In this document: positions 37,575 to 49,794 of the stretch, in pieces | Position numbering within the stretch: the stretch's first letter is position 1 | Layout of the letters: each line of letters starts with the position of its first letter | From: Amoebophrya sp. A120 | Taxonomy: Eukaryota; Protista; Dinoflagellata | Direction of reading: 5' to 3' | DNA: 64,000 nt | Assembly: GCA_905178155.1 (NCBI GenBank) | Contig: CAJINV010000002.1 | Span: forward strand, 8,810,225 to 8,874,224 | Position numbers and translations under genes: made by a program | The notes under the pieces: generated by a model | Database searches by the model: none | The model's input: the letters and a program-made list of their open reading frames with translations, nothing else | Told to the model about the DNA's origin: nothing

Positions 37575-39074
37575 TTACTCTACAAGTCGTTGCTTCTCGC
37601 CGGCTGACTGGCCACCCATCTCCCCGAGCAGTAATGCTTGTCTTTTCACCCGCCACTGCACCTCTTCCTCCACCGCTTTCTCAACCATCGGGCCCTGCGT
37701 GTCTTCGTCGAAATCTTCGTCGGAACACCAGAGGATTTCCCCGTCGTTTTTAACCAAGAAACCCCACGCACGACCATCCTCGTGAAGTTTCATTTCACGG
37801 AAATACTGACTCTTCCAGGTCACCGTGGTCAGAAACTCGATTTTTCCTGCCTCCTCACCGAGCGGATCTTCACAACTCTTGATGCTTGTTGTGCTCTCGC
37901 TGTGACTGTGGTCCTTTAGGCTTCTGACCTCCGCGAAATACTTTTCCAACTTGTTGCGCCACCTGCGAACGAAAAAGTGCCACATCAGTCTGGTCAGCGG
38001 GAAAATGGGCAACATACACACAACGTACATGCGCATTTCATCTCCAGAAGAAGATAAGCCCACATTGTTTGGTAGCACTTTCGGTAGTTCTTGATGTAGT
38101 TCATCTACTTGATAGTACCCAACATCTTGTTGTAGCACATGCGTGTTTTCGTTACCGCGCTGCTTGTCGTTGTCCTGCTCCTCCTCAACCGAGGTGATAG
38201 TCTTAGCCGCGCTTGTTTCATCAACACCTGCGGAGGTCCGTGCGTGGTCCTCATCTGGTCGCGACAAGAGGAGTCCACAAGTCGGTGCGGGCGGGCTAGC
38301 TGCAGGAAAAGCAGTTCTTGTTCTCAGACAGCCACCGTCGGCGGGATAGGCCCCATACTCGCGGTGCGAATTGTGTCGCAGACTCGTAGTAGTTCTTGGT
38401 CCACTTCTCTGGGGAGCCTCTTGTTGTGGAGGAGGTCCGGGTTTTTTCACAAACATATCTGAAGATTTTAGAACGCATTCATCTCTCTTCATTGTCGGGC
38501 CGTTCCCTTTTACTTTCTCGTTTTCGCCAGTTTCGATTTTTTCCGCGCGAGAAGGCGAGCAACGCAGGCTGTCCTGTTGTTGCGCTCCTCCGCCTCCTAG
38601 AGAGGAACTTGAAAATAACGACGAGCACGAGGGCCGCCCCACTTGGGCTTTACTTTCTCCTGCCTGCTCGGTCTTCTGACCGGACAGATTATGATCCGGA
38701 GAGGACACGACCTGGTTCAGCTTCAGCTTCTGCTTCAGAACGGTATCCAGACCCCTGCGTAAATTCAACCAGCTGTCCAGGCGGTACACGTGGCGCAGCC
38801 GCGTCAGACAAACGACAAAGTGCATTCCGGGAGGAAGGTCGCCCGGCAACTCGTACGCGTAGTTCGGGTGTAAAGGAGTAGACCGCAAGATACGCTTTTT
38901 TACGAGTGTTCCTAACTTCTCCCTCATCTGCGAAAGGTCACCGGATGAGAAAAGTAATCGAATAAAGAACCCGAAAGAGTCTTGCTGCTTTTGCAACGGC
39001 CAGCACCCGAGCCGTCGGAACTTTTGCAGAGCCACCGGCACGACACGGCCATAGTGCGCGGAAGACATCCTCAC
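37575..39074 (-). CDS. ATP10-like (thioredoxin-fold) protein with a low-complexity insertion; possible upstream exon(s)
   Basis: LPGDLP...VVCLTRLRHVYRLDSW and C-terminal WGFLVKNDGEILW resemble ATP10-family motifs. Recognition by eye only. Confidence 0.45.
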   Translation of the reverse strand: MRMSSAHYGRVVPVALQKFRRLGCWPLQKQQDSFGFFIRLLFSSGDLSQMREKLGTLVKKRILRSTPLHPNYAYELPGDLPPGMHFVVCLTRLRHVYRLDSWLNLRRGLDTVLKQKLKLNQVVSSPDHNLSGQKTEQAGESKAQVGRPSCSSLFSSSSLGGGGAQQQDSLRCSPSRAEKIETGENEKVKGNGPTMKRDECVLKSSDMFVKKPGPPPQQEAPQRSGPRTTTSLRHNSHREYGAYPADGGCLRTRTAFPAASPPAPTCGLLLSRPDEDHARTSAGVDETSAAKTITSVEEEQDNDKQRGNENTHVLQQDVGYYQVDELHQELPKVLPNNVGLSSSGDEMRMYVVCMLPIFPLTRLMWHFFVRRWRNKLEKYFAEVRSLKDHSHSESTTSIKSCEDPLGEEAGKIEFLTTVTWKSQYFREMKLHEDGRAWGFLVKNDGEILWCSDEDFDEDTQGPMVEKAVEEEVQWRVKRQALLLGEMGGQSAGEKQRLVE

Positions 39075-40338
39075 GCTGACCTCTGGTTCCTAACACGACG
39101 TCTCGGGAGTTCGCTTTGCTATTTCTTCCTTGATAGACAACAACCGATCGCAGAAGCTGTGGGGGCATGCTAGTGGTCGACGACGTCGCGTGATGCACTA
39201 GTTGTACTTACTTCATCGGATTCATATTGGCTTCGAGATTGTTTTCTTGGAGTTCGTGATCATCTTCAGGATCTGGTACTTGTGCAACATCTCGATCTTC
39301 AAAACCGATCCCATATGATTCTTTCAGACTATTGAACAAAACTGGAAACGAAATCATAATAGTTGAAGTTTCGATAGCAGGAGTGGAGCAGCAGCTTCTT
39401 CTGGGAACGAATATATTGCACACGTTGTTCTCACCGAAACAAAAATGTCCCTCTGTCGAAGGTATTACACGACGAGATCTTTTCTAAGTAAAAATTTTCT
39501 TGGATGTCGTGAACAGAGACGTCGGAGCAAACACATCCCGCCTGCTTTTGCGTCGGACTGCTCATAAAAAGGCCCTTCTCGCCTTACTCGCCGTATTGCC
39601 AGTCTTGTTGCAGCCTCAACACTGCGCATTTGTTCATTTTACAGGAGTGGAAAACATCACAACATCACTGCGCTGCCTTTCACACACTCTTACGTAATCA
39701 TAGACCCAGCCGCGGGCGAGGGTCCAACAAGAACGTCGACTGGGCGTGTATGGTCATGCAAAACAATTTCAGCACTCTAACTCTTGAGATATAATTCCGG
39801 CTGCGCAACAAAATATGTACTGAATCATGCAGTTGTCAAAGGAGAATGTGTATCTTCTGATAAAATCATTCATCAATCGTATATACTTACGTGTGCGCCG
39901 TCACTCTTCAGTAGTGGGAATCCTTCTCTACTGAACCATTACTCCAGAAAATCTTTCACAGATTTCCTTTCTTACCGCCTTCATCGATTACTGGAATGAT
40001 GGATAAACCTATCGCGCGCCGCCGCGGACGTGGATGACCATGACACAAACAAAGTCGGCGACGGCTTCGGCGTACGAATATATTTATACCGTAGGGGTGC
40101 AGATGCGCAAGACCACGATGAAAAGGATTATACTTCGGACTTCGGGTGATCGAGTGGTGGGCGTCTATCTGCCCCCCAACTCGGACTCGAAACTGAAGCT
40201 ACGCACTCGCAGCTCCAGGATCGGTCGTAAAATGAGAAATGTTTGCTCTTCGTTCAAAATTCCTTCTTTTTTCAGCAGACAACAGAACCGGAGGGAAACC
40301 TGGGACACCTTACCTACGTGAAGCCAAACCTACCAAAC

Positions 40339-40406
40339 AAAACCTTCAAAAAACTTGCACTGGGGAGTCTTCAAAAACCTTCAAAAAACCTTCAAAAAAC
40401 TTGCAC
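40339..40406. repeat. Short degenerate AAAACCTTCAA tandem repeat
   Basis: About four copies of an ~11-nt unit. Confidence 0.7.
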
Positions 40407-40786
40407 AGAAAAAAGATATACTGCCAGTGGTGGAAACAAAAAAACTGAGTCGACGAGGAGGGAAAGCTGGGGCAATCCGCATCTACGCGTCGACTGTCGA
40501 GGTGGAAGGAAAAAAATACTACTTAGACTTACCCTACAAACACTTAGTGTGTGATAAGTTGCGGACCAGTCTAAATAATCGTACAGACAGAGAGCAGCGG
40601 TGTTCGACATCATGATAGATTGCTGAGCAACCTGTACTTACACTACCGCAACAAGGTCGCGCATTGCAGTCCGGCTTTTCTCGTATTGGCGTGTTTGAGT
40701 GGCAGGCAAGATCAACCCCCTCAACGTACAAGATCGCGCGGTCTTCCGTCTCCGTGGTCTTCCCGTAGAATCCGACGAACCCGTCT

Positions 40787-43700
40787 TCAGCAGGGATCCA
40801 GGAAGCACGCGGCCGAATGTTGAGGAAAGAGTGCGACCTGAGCCGGCAGCAACAGAAGACTACAGAGACCGGAGCAAACCCATCCTAGAAAGAGAGACAA
40901 CAGCGACGGGTGGTCCTTGCGCGGCGCAGAGGCAGGAGGTGGTGTTCCTGAACCACGAGAGGACGGCGGGAGGACAGTGCGAGGTGGATCTTCGCGATCG
41001 CGAGCGCCGTCGTTGTGGTATCTCTTCTTGAGGCTGAATTCCGTATTTCCGATTACCACTCGCCGGTTTGTGCCGCCGGCCTCATGAATGACTGCCATGC
41101 CATCAGCGATTACCAACATGGAGAAAGGGGACAAATGCCGCATACGCGGCGCTAGTCGTTGGATGCCCGGCTTGACTTTTCTCGTGCTGGCCAAGCAGGC
41201 GTGCGGACGAATGGAGAGGTTCTCTAGCCAGCCGAGTCCCATGAAACGCGAGCGCAGACCCCCGAAGTTCCAAGCGTTGCACTCCCCGCCCGTAGTGGGC
41301 TGACACCGGGGGTCCTCGCTCGAGTCTAATATACCACGGGGATCGTCGACGTCCTCCCGTGCGTTCGTGTAAACAGCGTACTTCTCGGAGATGAAGTGAC
41401 TCCGCGACGGACAGTCCACCTTTGCTCCGGTAGTTGCGTCGCTGGTACTACTGGTTCCCTTGCCCGGGAAGACATAATGCTGCACGCGCATCGTGTCTAG
41501 CGCGGACAGCGTCTTCGCGCACCCGCCCGGCAATAGGTCCGCGCGGTTCAATTGACAATCTGAGTCCGTCGAGAACCACACGGCAAACATCCACCGCGGG
41601 GCCAGGTCCGCCGCCACCCCCATCAGCGGCCCGCCGACAGAGGCAGGTTCCGCGCCGGCGGGCTTCAGCCGGCTCGCCTCAGCCATGACGCTCTCCATCC
41701 AGCTGTGAGTGGAAAACTGCACGTGAATTTTCGTAATCTGCCGCCCGACCGCCAGGCCCTCCCTATAAAAGCTCGGGTCCTCGATTTTCTGACGAATTTT
41801 TTCCGGTGTCAGCTCTAGCTCGACAGGGGTCATGTGCTTTTTCTCGTTTCCTGGGATGCTGGGGTCCGAACAGCCGGCATGGTAAACCACGTAGCTGCTC
41901 GGCTGGATATCGGGCAATTTCGCTGTGTAAATATTCGTCTTGTTCCCATCTCCACCAAACCCCTCCTGCAGAGGTTCGTCCCAACGCAAATATTGCATGC
42001 TGCTGCACGCTTCCGCGAACTGCCGCCCGCCTACGGACAAGCCGGACAGCTCCGAGCAGCTGTAGCTCGCTGATTGACACTGGTTGAGGCAGTCCTCATC
42101 GCACTGGTCCGTCTGATACCGACGGGCCGCCAGGGGAAACAGCGCCCTCGGAGTTTGCAAATTGCTCTGAAACGCTTCCAAACTCCTATCAACCACTTCG
42201 CAGCTGTGGCCACCTCCAGTCGAAGACTTTGTTCCGTCGTTTATCTTCACAAATTCTACTCCGGGCTTAGAAAATTCACACCCCGTGACCAGGTGCGGTC
42301 TGTCTTTGCAGCCCAGCTCGTAGTTCCCGTCTTTCGACACGCGGTACGGAAGCGTTCCGGACTCACTGTCGGTTTCTAGTAGGTGCGGTGGCGGGTCACC
42401 GGAGAGCCCGAAGTACAAAAAGTCGTTGCCCAAACCGTTCATGACCATACTGCCTGCGCTCTGTCCCCCCAGCATTATGACACCGGAACGCCAGCGTCGC
42501 GTCATCTCCTGCCAGTAAGAAAGCGCGTCCGCAGATTCCTCGTTCAAGGCAGGGTTCTTAACATCGGCCATCAGATCATACACGTTCCCACCTCCGACGT
42601 AGTAGTACGCACCGTCGTTCAGACCCTGGCTCGCGTTCTCCTCGTGTTGCGGGTCGCGGGTCGAGGGCGGGCAGGAATCCGGAAAAACCGACTTTTTACA
42701 GGTGATCGTGGCACCGTCGCTACGGTGCACAATCCCTCGGGACCGCAGCGGAAAGACGGACTGCGTTCTTTTCGACGCATCTGTTCTTTCTTTCTCCACC
42801 AGACTTTTATTTTTGCCAAGAACGGGGGCAACCTTCTCGGAAGCATTATCATTTTTACCGCCGGCTTCATAATCTCCGGTGCCTTTTTTCACCTTCACCG
42901 GTGGTCCCACAACACTTTTACGTGGTTCGTCGGCAGCGACGTCTTCTTCATCTTCGTACAGGGTCCAATCAAACTTTTCTTCCCGCCAATCCCAAGAGTA
43001 CTGCCCGGCTCCGTCTGCGGAGCCATCCCACACCGTGCTAACACCCGATGGAACGACCTTTACCCGCATGTTGTGCCTGGGCAAATGAACCCAGTAGGAG
43101 AACTCCTGGTAGTCAAACTCGCCGTGGCTTAGCCGGAAGGCATCGAGGAACTGCCGCAACGAATTCTCCACGTGGGACTGCAGCGCGCTTGTGAAGCAGT
43201 CTTTCACTAGCCAAGAGGACGTCTTGGTCGTCCCGGGGGTTCTTTCCAACTTTTTCTTGCAGTTTTTCGGCAGCTTCATTAGCCCGAGCTTTGCGTCGGG
43301 ATTCATGACGATGTGCTTGATCCCAGCAGCCGTGCGTGCGGTCGCGGTCATGCCCACCCGCTCGTGGTCGTCCTCGCCACGAACTAGTACTCTTTGATTC
43401 CTGTAGTACTGTGCACGAAACGTGTTCAAAAAAGCGAGGGAAAGCCCAGCGTTATTGATCAAGGTGGATAAGAAAAACCCGTAGCCGCTCGCTTTATCCT
43501 GATGAACCTCCAGGCCGAGACTGCGCCGGCCGTAGGCTTCTTTGCAAACGGACGGTTTGTTTGGCATTTTGACGTTGTTACCGTGCGGTCCCGCACTGCT
43601 TGTATCGTTACCGCCCACGGAAGTCCAGCAAAAAAAGCTGTTTCATTGTGACCATTTGTGCATGAGGCGGATGTAGTTGACATACAAGCTTCTTGTTTCG

Positions 43701-44390
43701 CGTGAATAAGACAATCAATGATTCGCAGGTATGCGGTTCTCATACACCACCAGCGTAGTTTATTTAATCATCTACTTAGACACCTTGACCGCCTCGCACT
43801 AGCAGCAGAGCAACCTGTTCTGTGTTGCTTCTGCACGCTCTGGTGCCATTTCCGAATTCTTTCACAAGGAAACAGTTTTTGACTGCGATAACGGAGGAGC
43901 ACTGCCCCATTTTGTCACAGGTGACCGTCATGTTCCAAAGCCCTGCCTCGCAAACTTCGTCTTCCATCTGTTGTATGAGACCCGACTCGTCACACACCGC
44001 CGTCGTCGGGATCTTTTCAAATGGGTCATAGTGCAACCGAAATGCTTCCACCTCAGCAAGCGACACGCTGAACGCGCAGTAGTCTTCGGGACCGGGAAGG
44101 CGGCAGCGCTCGGCCGGCGGAAAGTTCACACAGTACCTACAACCAGCGTTCGGGCTTTTGCCGCAGGAAGCGGCGTCGCTCGCTGACTCATTGCAGTCTG
44201 GACCTGCCGCGCCGGAACGGACAACTTCCGCTGCGCGTCGCTGCAGCAATACTTTTCTAGCTGCGTTTTGCCAAAACAGGTTTCGGGGTAAAGAGTTGGC
44301 GGAAACGGTCGTGCTGCAAATTTCGCTGAGTTGTGCCAAGAAGACGCAAAGATTGCCGAGCAAGGCTAATACCCGTGGAACCGAGAACAT
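40787..44390 (-). CDS. Secreted peptidase S51 (dipeptidase E/cyanophycinase-like, class I GAT fold) with large Cys-rich insertions
   Basis: Signal-peptide-like start MFSVPRVLALLGNLCVFLA, then YYVGGGN, GGQSAGS (nucleophile elbow) and GLGWL...IRPH. One intron at ~43620-43785 has an unresolved acceptor. Confidence 0.65.
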
Positions 44391-45460
44391 CCGTCCAGGT
44401 ACTGTACTTAGTCTAGTTGAAGCCCGAGAATCCGATCCTTAAGGTTAAGTTTTACAAAACAAAATGTATTGTTTAAATTGGTTTGAGCAATGCGATAGTT
44501 CAACGATGTTCGAGTATTTTTTCAATACTTACTGCGAAACTAAAGGGAGGCGAAGACGGAGACAGATTGGGATTCACTTTTTCTACTTACACAGAAGAGT
44601 AAAAGATGAAGTAAAAGACTTTCATCTGACAGAAAAAATGTCCTTTTTGGTGTGTTTCTCCTTCTTTTACCGTAAACAGTCTAATTCGAGCTACTAACTT
44701 AATAGTAGGTCTCTCAGGCCGATCATACAAAATCAAAAACTGGTAATCAAGTTTACTCAAAAATACATGGCAGCTCATTGCAAATGTAGTAGTAGTTCCA
44801 ATACCTCGCGCAATATTTCTACTGACACGTCTACTTGCCGATGTAGGGAGGTGGGGCTTCCGCTTTCGGAGAGTTTATACAATGAACGATTAGAGGTTGA
44901 TTTCCAGCGAGCCCCTTGTCCTCGACGATTTTTTACCGAATCTTCCGAACTTCCGATAAATCATTCTGACCGCATTTAGTAGATACAGGAACCTTTTGTT
45001 GGTGGATCGCATGTGTTCGTAGCGGTGGACCAGCCGTAAGACAAATTTCAACATTTACTGCCCCTCGTCGCAATCGTCGCAACGGGAGCGGACCAGCTCA
45101 ACTTCATCATCACAACAGATCACCGTTTTCATCAACAAGTTTCAGAGCACATAAGACAAATCATCAACAGTTTTAACGTCGCATCAGACAAATCCCAGAA
45201 TCTCTTACCGATGGCGGAGAGTGGTAGAGGGGATCATTGTCCAGGAGTACGATCCTCATCCAGATCGGCGACAATGCCAGAATGAGAGTTGCGGTTGTAA
45301 TTGTATCACGACTTGGGTACAAGGTAACAAAAAGCTCTGCGCGAACGTGCAGCAAGCAATCCAGGTGAAAGTGCAGCGCTGGTGCGGGCAGTCGAGACAT
45401 AAAACTGCAAATCAAAGTTTGTGAAGTTGTTTCGTGCACCGTCAAAATACTACCTGACGG

Positions 45461-48222
45461 TTAACATCTACTTACTTCTTCCTCCGTATTTACATCGATG
45501 CTCAGCATCGAAACGCCAGCGACATCAGAAGTACTACTACACTCGTGCGGCCCAGTACCACTTCTACCGGTGCTGTGCTTTGGGCTACTTGTAACAGCAG
45601 GCCTTACGCGACCATCAACGATGTCTGTCCTGTCATGGTTCGTGTAGTTTTTACCGCACAGACATGCGGGACCAGACGAGTTGGTCGCCACTTCACTTGC
45701 CTTACCTCTGTCCTTCCACCCCCTGGTACTACTACTTAGGCTTGTCTTTGATGTTTTCTTTTCGCTCTCCTCTGCGTGGAATATTAAATCGCTCTGGTTG
45801 CTGTTCGTTGCACCAGAGGCCGACGCGGACCCGCCCTCCGTCCCGCTGCCGCTGCTCGATGAAGATGGTCGCGAAAAACAGGAATGTTGATGGTGCCCAT
45901 CAAAATTGTCTGCCTTGTGACTCTGTTGCGCCAGCAGCTCCACCCGTGAAGTAGCACTAACACAGGCATCCGCGGTCTGCAACACTGCTCCAGAAGAGTC
46001 CCCTCCCTCTACCTTGGCAGACGTCGTCGCGCCAGCACCTTCTCCTGCAGCGGAAATCATGCTTGCGTTCTTGTTTTTCTTCTTGCCGTTCATTTTGTTC
46101 AGGAAGAGAAACCAGTCACAAACCGCAGGCAAGGCCTTCAGCGACCGCTTTACCGAAAGTCTCCGTCCCGACTTGAGGAACATCACGATCTGGTCCTGGT
46201 CCTCGCCCGCACTTCCTCCTCCTTCCGCAGCAGCAGTATTTTTCGCGCTGCTCTTCTCGTAGGTCCGCTCTCTGCTCTGCTCCAGTTGTCTTTCTGCTTT
46301 CCGTCTCTCTGCTTGGAGCTCTCGTTCAAGCTTGATCATGATGTACTCGTACGTTGTTAAACCGTTCCACCAGAGGTACAAGTGCAACAAGCAGAGTTGG
46401 TTATTTAGGAACCAGAAGGGCAGGTTGATGACGAGAAGGACGGCGTAGAGCGTGGGATGCAACGCGGAACAGAAGTAGGCCACGTGACGATCATCGCTCT
46501 GTTCCGGGCCGCACTTGGACCACAGGAGTTCGGACACAGTCGGGCTCTCGAGGAGAACGAGGTTGGAGTTATTTTCATTTTCCCTGCTCCTGTGCTGATC
46601 CTCGTCGATTTCCATGTTCAGGTACAAGTGTAGCAGGATGAACACGATCAAGTTTACCATGGTGCACACCACCGCCACGGCGCAGATGGCGACGGCAAAG
46701 AATTTGTAGTTTCTCTTTCCGATGCAGGTGTTCAGCCAGACGCAGTGGTGGTCAAAGTGCAGCACACACTTGTTGCACTCCGTGCAATGCTTCGAACTGT
46801 TGTGCACCTTGGAGCGACAAATCGTGCAGTACAACAGGTCGAGGTCCTGGTCATCATTTTCCTCAATTTCTGCTAGCTGCACTGCTTGTTGCCCTGCTTT
46901 CGTCCCATGATCTTCACGGTGGCAGTGGTTTTGTTCATTTTTATCGTCGTCTTCCACGACATCAACACCGACCTTCTGCTGGTACAGCTTTTTTTTCCTC
47001 CCCGCCGCGAGAAGCCCCCGCTGGTGCCCGTTCACCAGTATCGCTATCAAATGTAAAAGTGTCTGGGTCTGGATCTGGAAGAGTCATGCTGTTTTTGCAT
47101 GACACAGAAGGGCTGGCATGGAAGCTCTAGCGTCACAGGTGTCGAAAAGCTTCCGTAATGCCGAATCCGCATGACAAATCCCCCATTTTGGTCACAGAAA
47201 GTGGCCAGCTTTTGCTACCTATGCATGAGAGATCTTTCTGTGTTCTGAAATGCGCATCACAAGTTTGTATTCTTCCAGACCCAGACATTTTTGCAATGCA
47301 CAATCGCGACGCAGCCGCAAAACGCCGACCCGAGAGAAACACAGAGTTTGACGCAGTACTCGGTGACCAGTTTGTGCACAAACCTTTTCCACAAACCGTC
47401 CTTCCGGCGCTCGGGGTAGCGGCGATCGGCTGGGGCCAGGGGGTCCGCTGGGTCGATCTCGTGGGCCAAGTAGGCTGCGACGTAGAGCACCAAAAGCGAG
47501 AGGTAAAAACCAACGTTGCAGCAGACGAGGCAAATGGCTAGTGCTTTGTTCGTCGATGCGGGGGCGGAGGACGACAGTAAGGCGAGTGATTGCGGGAACA
47601 GAAACCAGGATATCAGGACCATGTCCAACCCAAAAATCCACCAGGAAGCAATCTGGGCGATCCGCAAGGGCCGCTGCCACCCGTTGCGCCGAGACGGCTC
47701 TACGTCCAATGCAACGGAGGAATTGGCAATCATTTTCTTTTTCAAAGCCGCCGAGCTATTATTTTTCTGGTGCTGCTGGCGCTGCTCGTGTTGCAGCAGC
47801 TCGTGGTGCTGGTTGTTGGTTCTCGCAGCTTCCAGTTGGCACGTCAGCTTCAAGCTTTGTTCATCAGGATCGCGGCGATTACACGCCGCCGGAGTTGTTG
47901 TGCCGATTCGAGTCTGCTTTGTCTTCGATGCAGTTTGACAATTGTCGCTGGTGGTACTATTTTTTCCAGCACAAATTTTTATTTCAAGACCGCGATGATC
48001 ATGCCCCTCCTGTTCGGTTGTCGTGTAGTCAAGTAGTTCATCATGATTTTCTCGCCAAGGACTGTTTGCGGCGGCCCCAGCACCAGCATTCTTTGCTGCT
48101 TCCCTTTCGCCAACAGCAGCTTCTTTGTGCTTCGAATCGGAGCAGCCGCGCATGTAGAGAGCCGGCGGGAAGGGCAAAATGTCATCGCTACAGCCATCCT
48201 CAGAACACAACAAGGGAGCCAT
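45461..48222 (-). CDS. DHHC palmitoyl-S-acyltransferase
   Basis: [16 protein letters not shown]...[33 protein letters not shown] and LTTYEY. Removing 47050-47294 fuses the ORFs in frame. Confidence 0.93.
47054..47293. mobile_element. TIR introner in the DHHC gene
   Basis: TIR TAAAAGTGTCTGGGTCTGGA versus CAAAAATGTCTGGGTCTGGA, with flanks AAATG/CAATG and no GT-AG ends. Confidence 0.85.
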
Positions 48223-49087
48223 GGATAAACTTGTTGAGTAGACGTATTTGGTCGTGGATACGACAAACAATGTTCGGAAGATATTTTCACGTAGAGATAT
48301 TGGTTCGATTTTTATGATAAAATATGTTGCACGACGAGGAGAGCTTCTTCTAGCACGCAGCCGAAGAACGAGGACCGCTCGAAAAGGCTCGAACGCAGAG
48401 GTCACCTTTGACGCTTACCTGAAGTGCTCCCGTCTGGCCGCGCGCGTTAAAATCAGCTCACTGACTGCTCTCTCGTGCCGACGCTCCCGGAATACCACAT
48501 TTTGTCTTCACTCGAGGCCGGCCTAGCCCTTCGCTCGGTACAACTAGATGTCGACCTATACCAGGAGAATACTTTCACATTCACTACCGTGCTGAAAGTA
48601 GGCAACTGGACATTACGACACAAATGAAACCCGCCCAACCGAAGTATACGAGGAGCAGGGACGATTTCATCGTCGAAAGCAAAAGCCGAACCACAACCAA
48701 GGGCGGCTTCAAATTTAATCACTGAGTAGAGAAACTTCTTACTCTCGTCAACGCAGAGGATCATTCGCACAGGACGAAGTTCCAATTATGGCACTAAGTG
48801 TCACTACCACCCTTCTAAAAAATCTTCAAAGTCATCTGTTTATTGATGCGGGGAGAGCGTTTTGCATTTGCCCTATGCCTTGCGTTCCCGCAATTTGTTC
48901 CCTTAAGCTCATCAATCCGTGCTTCGCATCGCAAACTTTCTCCAGAATGCCGTGCCCCGGGCTGTCGTGCGTGCAATTGTTGCACCGCTATGCACGATAC
49001 ACAACCGCTATGCCCCCGCCCACGCTATGTCACGCGAGTACTCTTGCATTTTAATGACAGAAGAGTTCATGGTGATGCGAAATTAAT

Positions 49088-49768
49088 GGTAAAGGTGTAG
49101 ACCAGGGCCCCTGGGACCAGGGCCCCCAGGACCAGGGCCCCCAGGACCAGGGCCCCTAGGACCAGGGCCCCTGGGACCAGGGCCCCTACGGACTGGGGCC
49201 CCTACGGACTGGGACCCCTACGGACTGGGGCCTCTACGGACTGGGGCCCCAGTCGTGTCTCAGAATCTGGCGTCCCGGAATCTGGTGCGCCGGCGTCTGG
49301 TTCTGGATGAGTTGGGGCGTCGCTCTACGTACAAAAAAAGCACAGCTCGACTTTCATAGTGACAATTTGAGATGTCTCTCGTTAGCACTTTGAGCTGCAT
49401 CCCTGTCCACTCAAGAAGTGCTTTTGCTGGGAAACATTTCGAATACAAACGGCGCCCGTCGGTCGTGGCGTCTGACTGTGCTTCTTTATTTTTCATTTCA
49501 TGACTCGGCGGCAGCTGTCGCTACTTGGCGTACCTCCTGGCCCGATGCTAGGACCTACATGTCATGACATGCGTACTTGGTGGCCCAGATACGCTGGTAG
49601 ACAGCTCCGGTTCCGGCCGCGCCTCGCCGTGTACCAGATTCCGGGACGCCGTTCAGTCCGTAGGGGCCCCAGTCCGTAGGGGCCCTGGTCCTGGGGGCCC
49701 TGGTCCTGGGGGCCCTGGTCTGAGCAGGGGCCCTGGTCTGAGCAGGGGCCCTGGTCTACCCGGATACC
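49088..49768. mobile_element. Non-autonomous Mutator/Foldback-like element (681 bp)
   Basis: 9-bp TSD GAAATTAAT (49079-49087, 49769-49777), GGTA...TACC termini, and inverted subterminal arrays of 15-bp units (GGACCAGGGCCCCYR / GGACTGGGGCCCCTAC-like). Confidence 0.9.
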
Positions 49769-49794
49769 GAAATTAATCTCCAAGGCAGCTTCCG

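Noticed and set aside
40034-41031. Possible plus-strand multi-exon gene overlapping the peptidase 3' end
   Set aside because: The frames do not join convincingly and I recognise no homology.
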